Positions 56,991 to 64,000 of a stretch of DNA of 64,000 nt are shown here, piece after piece. The stretch comes from a virus. Every line of letters begins with the position of its first letter. Position 1 is the first letter of the stretch. A program made the position numbers and the translations under genes. Below the pieces are notes generated by a model. It had not been told where the DNA came from. It did no database searches and saw nothing but the letters and a program-made list of their open reading frames with translations. The DNA is taken from positions 4,688 to 68,687 of IMG/VR virus record IMGVR_UViG_3300009117_000044; one strand, 5' to 3'.

Positions 56991-58549
56991 CAGTCTAACC
57001 CCCTTCCCGTGATGGTTCCTGTTAGGCCTTCTGTATCAAAGGTAAGAACATGGGTCATGACAATCACTTTACTATGGGCAAAATCATTCTGAATCGTGAG
57101 TCCATCTGCTGCCTCAATGCTCATGTCCCCCCTATAATCCACGGTGTGGGTTAAGCGAAGGTTCTTGAAATCCATATAAGCCTGCGCCACCTCTGCCGCC
57201 TGCGCTTCCGAGCATATATAATAGGAAGTAACTCCTAATTTCTGTCCATCATCCTCATCCTCTTTTACCGTTACATCTGTGCCTTTTAAGGTGCTATTTG
57301 CACTATCCCAGTAATAATATCGCACGGTACAGGAGGTGTATCTTTCCCCCATACTGATACTAGGCTTGCTCCACATATTTTCATAATCGATATCATTGGT
57401 CATAGCCTCGGGCAATTTCCACTTTTTTAAGGAATAACTCCCATCCCGTTCAAATTTCCAATACCCACAACAAGCAATGGCCAGATATGCCATAGCCGTA
57501 TGAATGGGAATATCATCCCCTATGTACTGGTTGACTTGTATATTTTTCAATTCTTCGTCAATGACGACCGGTTCTTGAATATTGGTAAACAGGATAGATA
57601 CTGCCTGTTCTACCGTTTGCACCCCTCGTCCTTCGTTCTTATAACTTCCTAGCTCAAAAGCGATGGAAGGTCTACAATACACCTTGGCTTCATTGGGTTG
57701 ATCTGTTTTCGGAAAAGAATACAGATAAAACTGTCCCATGCCAATACTGTCCGTCCTGGCTCCTACAATTAAATCTAGCTTTGGTACTGTTTTCATTTTC
57801 TGGCGGAGGAAGGATGCAAATCCATCGGGATTGATAATATTAAACTCATTATCCGTGTTGTCAAATACCAAAGTAGTCTCCGGAAATCGAAGGGACGAGC
57901 TAAAAGGGTCAATACTTTCCTCAAAATCAAACTGGAAAATACCCTCCGATGCAAAGGAAAGAATGATGCCTGGTACAATCTGGCTTACCTTACAATACCG
58001 CAATCCTTTGTTCCATTTCTTGAAGGAAAACACCAGCTTCTTAACGTTATGCTGTCTAATTTCCGCATAAAACAAGGCTTTGTGATTGGCAAAAGAAAGG
58101 GATGAAAGTAAAGTATCCGCCCCATCATAAACCTTGATATCCAGTTCCTCTGCCCATTCCCCACCCAAGTCATCAAAAGCAATCGAAACCCCGACAATAT
58201 CATAAAGGGCATCAAATGTATAAGTCACTTCTTCTGCTGGTGAGAAATAACCCTCGCTATCACACATCCCCGCAGAAAAGAAACCAATCTGCTGTGTATT
58301 GTTCTTTGGAATAAAAGATACGCTGCCATCCAGAACAATTCTTTTATGTTCCAATGTCCCCCAGTTGGCATCCATACCAAAGGAACCGTTCTTCAGCTGT
58401 TGAGGATGGGCTACACTAAGACATTCTGTTGTAGAAATCTCAGTACCCTCTGTTGCACCAGGTGGAACAAAGGAAAGTTCTGCCCGACACTGTATCAGTT
58501 CCGTATCCCCTTTGATATTTTCCTTATATTTATCACTTGTTTGTATCAT
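56990..58549 (-). CDS. Baseplate/tail-tip structural protein
   Basis: Second gene after tape measure; DYRGDMSIEAAD motif; start MIQTSDKY at 58549. Confidence 0.7.
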   Translation of the reverse strand: MIQTSDKYKENIKGDTELIQCRAELSFVPPGATEGTEISTTECLSVAHPQQLKNGSFGMDANWGTLEHKRIVLDGSVSFIPKNNTQQIGFFSAGMCDSEGYFSPAEEVTYTFDALYDIVGVSIAFDDLGGEWAEELDIKVYDGADTLLSSLSFANHKALFYAEIRQHNVKKLVFSFKKWNKGLRYCKVSQIVPGIILSFASEGIFQFDFEESIDPFSSSLRFPETTLVFDNTDNEFNIINPDGFASFLRQKMKTVPKLDLIVGARTDSIGMGQFYLYSFPKTDQPNEAKVYCRPSIAFELGSYKNEGRGVQTVEQAVSILFTNIQEPVVIDEELKNIQVNQYIGDDIPIHTAMAYLAIACCGYWKFERDGSYSLKKWKLPEAMTNDIDYENMWSKPSISMGERYTSCTVRYYYWDSANSTLKGTDVTVKEDEDDGQKLGVTSYYICSEAQAAEVAQAYMDFKNLRLTHTVDYRGDMSIEAADGLTIQNDFAHSKVIVMTHVLTFDTEGLTGTITGRGLD

Positions 58550-58550
58550 T

Positions 58551-58916
58551 CTAAACCTCCTCGAAAGTTGCACCGATGGCTTTATAAGCTCTAGTTCTAC
58601 CTCTTAACACATCTAACGCAGAGGGTGTCTTTTTCGCGGTGCATTTCATTTTGGCAGATACCGACTCCCCAGTGTAGGGATTTGTAAAACTGATAACACC
58701 GTAGGCAGACCGCATTTCTAAGCACTTAGTATAAAACGCCTTTTGGAACTCCAAGGAAAGGGTTTTATTCTCAAAGCTAATTGTAATCTTCCATTTTTCC
58801 ATTGGTGCCAATTTGGTAATCATCCTACCGGATACCGTCCGACGATTGGTGTCAAAGTTCTGCTTTTCAATGACAATGGAGGTATCCTCCGGCAGTTTTA
58901 ATCCATCTATAATCAA
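58551..58916 (-). CDS. Small distal-tail-position protein
   Basis: First gene after tape measure; RRTVSGRM..K motif. Confidence 0.65.
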   Translation of the reverse strand: MIIDGLKLPEDTSIVIEKQNFDTNRRTVSGRMITKLAPMEKWKITISFENKTLSLEFQKAFYTKCLEMRSAYGVISFTNPYTGESVSAKMKCTAKKTPSALDVLRGRTRAYKAIGATFEEV

Positions 58917-58965
58917 AAAGATACCTCCTTATTCAAATATTAAATATAAAAAAACAACCAGCCCT

Positions 58966-61368
58966 TTAATCTGAGCTGGACACAGATTTTGCAGCACGTA
59001 GTGCGATGCTATAGATCTCGCCATAGGTCGGTGCAAACATCCTGTTTCTTCGATCACCTTCGCCATCAAAAGCATCCCAAGTGGTTTTTGCCATCTTCAC
59101 ACTATCAATATAAAAGTCCAGAATTTTAGGAATGGCATCAAAAATATTGTTTCCTACATAATTTAACCCCTCCAATAGAGCCGTTGCGAAGGTTTCCGCA
59201 ATCAAGTTATACATCTTTTCATCGGACTGGTTCTTTTTTAATGAGCCATTATCGCTGTTCACTGCATAGGCGGCGTTCTCCGCCATTTCACTAACTACAG
59301 GTTTTACTGCCAACTGCAAACCACCTAATTCTGCAATGGCAGATTCCGTGGAAAGCTTAATCTTCTGGGCATAAAGTTCACCGAATGCTCCCAGTTCATC
59401 ATCTGACATTTGGGTTAATGCGTGGATTTCTGCTGCGGCCTTTGGGCCCTGTTCCCGGAGCTCGTCCAGCATTGCATCCGAAATACCCTTTGACATCAAA
59501 TCCTGTAAGTCATTCTGCCACTGGTTTAATAGTTCCACCTGAACGGAGAGATTATCAATTAAAGATTGAGCACTCACGTCCGTGTTCTGTGTTACTGCAT
59601 CAAACAATCCTGCAAAGCTAGAAATAGCGTCTGCCCTGGATTCCACATTCTGCTGGAAGGCATCCAATACGTCATTGGTTTCAGACAGCACAGCTGTTCC
59701 CATCTCATCAACGGCCTGGATGACTTCTGGTTTTCCATCTTCGATGCCTTCCGCCATACCAAGGGCCATATTCTTACCCACTTCATCTCGAAATACTGTG
59801 GATGGAGAATGGATCCCGAAGAAAGCCTTAATCCCACTCAAAACGCTGCCGCACCATTCCTTCACCTTGTTCAAAAGCCATGTTTTAGCATTGCTAATAC
59901 CTTGCCAAATACCCTCCACCATGTTTCTACCAATGGAGATAAACTCAGTTACCTTGTTCTTGATAGCTGTGATTACACTGGTTACCGTAGTCTTTACTGC
60001 TTCAAAAGCAGCATTCACCTTATTGCGGAATTCCTCTGATGTCTGATAGGTATGAACGAACTTTGCAATCAATACACCTATGAGTGCCGTGATAATGGTT
60101 ATAGGGCCACCAATGGCAGCAAGAGCAGTCTTAACTAATTGAAACCCAGTTACTAATTTCGGCACAAGGGATACAATGGCGCCAAAACTGGTTATTAAAT
60201 TACCTACCACCAAGATAACCGGGCCGATGGCAGCAGCAATCCCTCCAATCACCAGAATAACTTTCTGCATTTCCGGGGAAATACCATTAAATTTTTCCAG
60301 CAGTGTTGTGGCAAAACTTACAAACTGCGCTGCGATTGGATCAAGAAGCTTTCCTAGTTTGGCAAGCTCTGATTGCAGTTCATACTGGGCTTCGGCAGCA
60401 TCAATCAAATCAGGGTTGCCCTCTCTGAACTGCTGATAGAAATTAGCAAGGCCTGTTTTAGATAGCGTATCAAGAATGAAATTCTCCTGTTCACCATTCG
60501 TGATAGCTTCCTGTAATCCAATATTAAAATCATCAAGAACCATACCCGAGCGTTCCAGCAGTTCTGCAAATGGCCCTACTGCCGATCCGGTAGCAAGGGT
60601 TTCCTGCAAACCGTCTGAAATACCTTCAAACCTCAAAGTATCAGAGAACTTGATTGCCGCACCTGAAAGGGCATCCATCATCTCTTGAAACCCTTCATCG
60701 CTAATGCCTGCTGCCAGAAGGTTTGATAAACCCTCCACAGAACTATCTACTTCATCCGTAACCCCTACAATCTGTTTCATGTAGTCGTTCATTTTCTCCA
60801 TGGACTGTCCAGCTTGTTCTGCGTTGGTTTCCAACCTTGCCAAATCAGAGCGGAATTCTCGCGTTCCTTCTGTTGCCAATGCAAGACCTGCCGTCAATGG
60901 AGCAGTTACTTTGGTAGATAGCGAACCGCCGATATTCCCTAACTTATCTCCAAACTCCTGCATCTTGCCACCCGCCGCGGCGATCTGTTGTGAGGTTACA
61001 CTACCGAATTTCTTCATGGATTGTGTTAAATCATCCAGTTTGTTTTCTGTACTGGCAATCTCACGAACCAGATTTCGATATTCCTTTTGGTTTACCTGTG
61101 TACCATTCGCCATATCTCTATCAGCTTGTGCTTTTGCTGCCTTTAAAGCCTCAAGCTTGGTGTTTGTATCGCGAATACTCTGATTCAGTAGCTCTTCCTT
61201 TTGTCTTAGCAAATCCACATTAGAAGGATCAAGTTTTAATAAACTTTCTACACCATTTAGTTCCTTTTGCAGACCTCTAGCTTCGGAATTTACGGCTTTC
61301 AGAGCCTTAGATAGTGGGTTAACATCACCGCCAATTTCCACAGTAATCCCTTTGATGTTTCCTGACAT
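58966..61368 (-). CDS. Tape measure protein
   Basis: IKGITVEIGGD..L..ALK, LLKLDP.N..LL.QK, FFGIHSPS. Confidence 0.9.
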   Translation of the reverse strand: MSGNIKGITVEIGGDVNPLSKALKAVNSEARGLQKELNGVESLLKLDPSNVDLLRQKEELLNQSIRDTNTKLEALKAAKAQADRDMANGTQVNQKEYRNLVREIASTENKLDDLTQSMKKFGSVTSQQIAAAGGKMQEFGDKLGNIGGSLSTKVTAPLTAGLALATEGTREFRSDLARLETNAEQAGQSMEKMNDYMKQIVGVTDEVDSSVEGLSNLLAAGISDEGFQEMMDALSGAAIKFSDTLRFEGISDGLQETLATGSAVGPFAELLERSGMVLDDFNIGLQEAITNGEQENFILDTLSKTGLANFYQQFREGNPDLIDAAEAQYELQSELAKLGKLLDPIAAQFVSFATTLLEKFNGISPEMQKVILVIGGIAAAIGPVILVVGNLITSFGAIVSLVPKLVTGFQLVKTALAAIGGPITIITALIGVLIAKFVHTYQTSEEFRNKVNAAFEAVKTTVTSVITAIKNKVTEFISIGRNMVEGIWQGISNAKTWLLNKVKEWCGSVLSGIKAFFGIHSPSTVFRDEVGKNMALGMAEGIEDGKPEVIQAVDEMGTAVLSETNDVLDAFQQNVESRADAISSFAGLFDAVTQNTDVSAQSLIDNLSVQVELLNQWQNDLQDLMSKGISDAMLDELREQGPKAAAEIHALTQMSDDELGAFGELYAQKIKLSTESAIAELGGLQLAVKPVVSEMAENAAYAVNSDNGSLKKNQSDEKMYNLIAETFATALLEGLNYVGNNIFDAIPKILDFYIDSVKMAKTTWDAFDGEGDRRNRMFAPTYGEIYSIALRAAKSVSSSD

Positions 61369-61418
61369 TTCATCCCTCCTCCCTAGTTTTAGTACAATAC
61401 ATAAAGAACAAGTTCTCT

Positions 61419-61469
61419 GGGCCCTGCCCCGAACCCCGCAAGCCTTTGAAAAGGCTTGACCTAAACTTT
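61419..61469 (+). repeat. GC-rich hairpin element in tail operon gap
   Basis: GGGCCCTGCCCCGAACCCCG then palindrome CAAGCCTTTGAAAAGGCTTG (61439-61458). Confidence 0.5.
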
Positions 61470-61530
61470 ATAAGCAAAAATAAACATTTTTGCAAAGGAC
61501 ATATTGTTTTAAATTAACTCTTTAATATTA

Positions 61531-61737
61531 TTAAAATGCATCAATATCTGCCTGTGTTGCTGTCCGTTTTGGATTTCTTGCTTCATACTCTGCGTTCTGG
61601 CAAGTAGTCAAAAAATCAATAATCATGCCCAACTCCATTGTTTCGAAGTCTGCCGTTGTCAATCCCCTGGCAATGGCCATCCGCAAAATATCCTCTGTTG
61701 TTACTTCTCCTACTTGGGAGTGCGTGGCTTTTTTTTT
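61531..61737 (-). CDS. Tail chaperone -1 frameshift extension (gpT-like)
   Basis: A9G slippery run at 61728-61737; -1 frame open to TAA at 61531 ending R.ATQADIDAF. Confidence 0.75.
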   Translation of the reverse strand, partial: KKKATHSQVGEVTTEDILRMAIARGLTTADFETMELGMIIDFLTTCQNAEYEARNPKRTATQADIDAF

Positions 61738-62099
61738 GACTTCACAGTTGTTTTCGCCATAGAGAACAACAGCTCTGTTACTTGAGGGAACACATCAGAT
61801 ACGAAGTCCATAGGTGTCACCTCAAAGGTATCTAGCCATTCCTCCATAGGGAGAATACTAGGATCGCCGGCTTTTGCAAACACCCAAATGAAACGATACA
61901 ACGTATCAATTTCAAAATCTCCGTCTAAAAACGCACTTACGGCTACATCCTTCGGATGATCTTTAGGGTTCATGCCTCCCACCAGTGCCAATAAATCTCT
62001 CATACCATCTCGCCCAAAATTTCTCCTATAAGAAAACAGGCTTGCCGCCGTGCTTTTTACCGGGAATTCATACTCCCCAACTCTTACGATTTTCTCCAT
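61710..62099 (-). CDS. Tail assembly chaperone
   Basis: After major tail; YRRNFGRD, LYRFIWVFAK motifs. Confidence 0.8.
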   Translation of the reverse strand: MEKIVRVGEYEFPVKSTAASLFSYRRNFGRDGMRDLLALVGGMNPKDHPKDVAVSAFLDGDFEIDTLYRFIWVFAKAGDPSILPMEEWLDTFEVTPMDFVSDVFPQVTELLFSMAKTTVKSKKKPRTPK

Positions 62100-62102
62100 A
62101 GA

Positions 62103-62666
62103 TTATCCCTCCGCACTCTGATAAACAGCGTTATACCAACCATCAAAAGCTGTGTTTGCTGTGATACCGCCCACAACCGTTGCTTTTACTGCTCCTGTAT
62201 CAACAGCAGGACTACAAGTAATGGGCAAAGTAAACTCTGCTGCCTCTGTACTTTCTTCTTTCGTCTTGCCTGCAAAGTCTGGTCTACCTGCCACACAGCT
62301 ATATAGTACAAAACGTTTCTTCTCTGCTGTTTCAGAGGAAAACTCACCCAACAAAGCAAAGCTTTCTTTTGCATCCTCTGCATTTTCTACAACCACACCA
62401 TTGGTATCCTTTGTCATCCCCATAATCTCCGTCATAAAAGTTTCCGGGACATTCAGTAATGTCAAATCTCCCTCATAACCCTGATTGGATGTAATGGTTA
62501 CATAGGCAATATCATCTGCATATACAGCAACATCCTCACCTACAGGACTTAGGGACATTTCCCTTGCACCTGGCAACATCACAGGATTGCCGTATGTAAC
62601 GACACCCTCAGCGCTGATTGTAATCTTGGCATATGCTAATTTTTTCAAACCATAGGTTACTTTCAT
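62103..62666 (-). CDS. Major tail protein (phi13 family)
   Basis: YGLKKLAYA, YADDI, NQGYEGDL, FALLGEF. Confidence 0.9.
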   Translation of the reverse strand: MKVTYGLKKLAYAKITISAEGVVTYGNPVMLPGAREMSLSPVGEDVAVYADDIAYVTITSNQGYEGDLTLLNVPETFMTEIMGMTKDTNGVVVENAEDAKESFALLGEFSSETAEKKRFVLYSCVAGRPDFAGKTKEESTEAAEFTLPITCSPAVDTGAVKATVVGGITANTAFDGWYNAVYQSAEG

Positions 62667-62977
62667 TCAGCCATCATCTCCATTTCATAAATGATTTCGT
62701 ACATCTTCTCACTTTCAATATAAGTTTCACTTTTTGTGTAGTAAAAGTCGGATAATACCAACTCAACCAGTGCTTCCGTGAAAATATCTTTCTTTTCCGT
62801 GTATAGTTCCACCCGTAACACCGATACCTTCTGGTAAACCCCATCGTCGGCAGCGATGTTATTGCTGTCCGGAGTGTAATAAACCAAAAAAGGGAGGTCT
62901 TTTTCCTCCCCAAAATGATGGTATGCCACAGGAAGTCCCGTAGCTTCCAACAGCTTTTTCACTTCTTCAATTTTCAT
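62663..62977 (-). CDS. Tail terminator protein
   Basis: TGLPVAYHHF, LPFLVY, VELYTEKKD, YIESEKMYE..YE. Confidence 0.8.
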   Translation of the reverse strand: MKIEEVKKLLEATGLPVAYHHFGEEKDLPFLVYYTPDSNNIAADDGVYQKVSVLRVELYTEKKDIFTEALVELVLSDFYYTKSETYIESEKMYEIIYEMEMMAE

Positions 62978-63371
62978 CCTCAACCTTCTCCTTGATTCGT
63001 TTTGGCAGTTGCTCCTTGGCATATTTCTCACCATATTTAATATGAGGAAAATCCTGCACACGACCGCCACCACGCTTGGCATGACCGTATTCCAAAAGAT
63101 GTGTCAGACGATAATGGGGTGCCTTTACATACCAGACCTTGCTTTTACTTTTCTTTGTTTCCCTCACAGTTTTTATGGCCATGGCCTTTTTATATTTCCC
63201 AGTTCTATTTTGAAATGAAATGTGACTCTCAATTTCTCTCTTTACCCCATCAGCCACTTCGTCTACAGACTCCTTCGTCTTTTGTGTTATTGTTTCGCTG
63301 TATTCTTCCAGTTCTCCTGCGATGGCTTTTGCCAGGTCATTTACATGAATTGATCTGCTTATAGAGATCAC
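62967..63371 (-). CDS. HK97 gp10-like protein
   Basis: RTGKYKK, YRLTHLLEYGHAKRGGGRV..PHI. Confidence 0.85.
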   Translation of the reverse strand: MISISRSIHVNDLAKAIAGELEEYSETITQKTKESVDEVADGVKREIESHISFQNRTGKYKKAMAIKTVRETKKSKSKVWYVKAPHYRLTHLLEYGHAKRGGGRVQDFPHIKYGEKYAKEQLPKRIKEKVEDEN

Positions 63372-63700
63372 TTCCTTTCCCGTTCTCCTCGAAACTTAAG
63401 CGATTTCTTCTTGAAACCCATGTTGTCAATGAATTTGATGTTATAAACCCTGTCATTGAAGAAAATACGGTACTGGGTTGCATTCACGGCAGCTGCCATT
63501 TTACAATATCGCACCGTAAAGGAAAGGCTCTCGTTCTCGGTAACTGCAGCTTTTTCGGTTTCACCGTCACCTGTGCTACTTATCGTTGCATAGCAGGAAA
63601 AGTAATCACTCCATTGCAGTGTATCATTGCCAACCGCATCACTGACACTGGTGCTTTTCTGAATAATAATACGGCAATTCAAAGCAGCTATATCCATCAA
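63368..63700 (-). CDS. Head closure protein
   Basis: LNCRIIIQ, FTVRYC, RIFFNDRVYNI..ID. Confidence 0.85.
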   Translation of the reverse strand: MMDIAALNCRIIIQKSTSVSDAVGNDTLQWSDYFSCYATISSTGDGETEKAAVTENESLSFTVRYCKMAAAVNATQYRIFFNDRVYNIKFIDNMGFKKKSLKFRGERERK

Positions 63701-63999
63701 AACACCGCCTTTCTCGAACCAAAGAGCAGAGAACGGAGTGTAAGCATGAGTTCGTGGTGGTCAGCTTCTTCACGGTGTTCATACAGATATGCTACGGTAT
63801 ACATGATTGCAGCTTTTGCATTTTCATTGCATGCAAGAGATTCTAAATCATCCGTTCTCACAATATCCATACAAATCTGCTCAGCCACTGAAAGTAATTG
63901 AGTGATAAGCCTATCGTCATCTTCGTAATCCACCCGGAGATATTCCTTCATTTCTTCCAAGGCAACGATATTTCCTTCGTCATTCAGCATATCCATCAC
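63697..63999 (-). CDS. Head-tail connector (gp6-like)
   Basis: LEEMKEYLRVDYEDDD.LI, AIMYTVAYLYEHRE. Confidence 0.88.
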   Translation of the reverse strand: MMDMLNDEGNIVALEEMKEYLRVDYEDDDRLITQLLSVAEQICMDIVRTDDLESLACNENAKAAIMYTVAYLYEHREEADHHELMLTLRSLLFGSRKAVF

Positions 64000-64000
64000 C

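Larger units (their letters stand above)
41476..64000 (-). mobile_element. Prophage 2 (tail, lysis, triple serine recombinase, probable cargo), partial at right edge
   Basis: Connector-to-lysin order followed by recombinases; inclusion of 41.5-49.3 kb cargo is inferred from the att site. Confidence 0.8.

Overview
Low-GC Firmicutes (Clostridia-like) DNA made up almost entirely of two tandem siphovirus-type prophages, both read mainly on the minus strand. Prophage 1 (1 to ~41.47 kb, cut by the left edge) has a sigma-like/antirepressor/VapE/SNF2 early region, HNH-TerS, a metK plus two DNA methyltransferases block, an HK97-type head, a long tail, a GH18 tail enzyme, holin and GH25 lysin. A DUF2800-DUF2815-DNA polymerase module follows the lysin. 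Its AT-rich right end carries a three-gene Lamassu/ABC-three-component-like operon where the repressor would normally sit, plus a C-protein/M.HaeIII-like methylase/putative endonuclease R-M cluster. The junction at ~41.45-41.50 kb is a dyad-symmetric att-like site containing an rlmD(rumA)-type 3' end (HVETVVLMSRVDK*). Prophage 2 (to the right edge) contributes tail, lysis and triple serine-recombinase modules and probable cargo (LytTR/GHKL pair, LemA-like protein, 1.5-kaa SLH surface protein). The best candidate for a new system is the prophage 1 switch region (35.07-38.68 kb). There a Lamassu-like SMC sensor is paired with an LmuA-like protein that has an N-terminal HTH-like domain and an HNH fold lacking catalytic histidines. 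It faces an unannotated 47-aa basic peptide, a ~280-nt structured leader with terminator, and a sigma-like gene. All family assignments come from motif recognition by eye; no searches were run.
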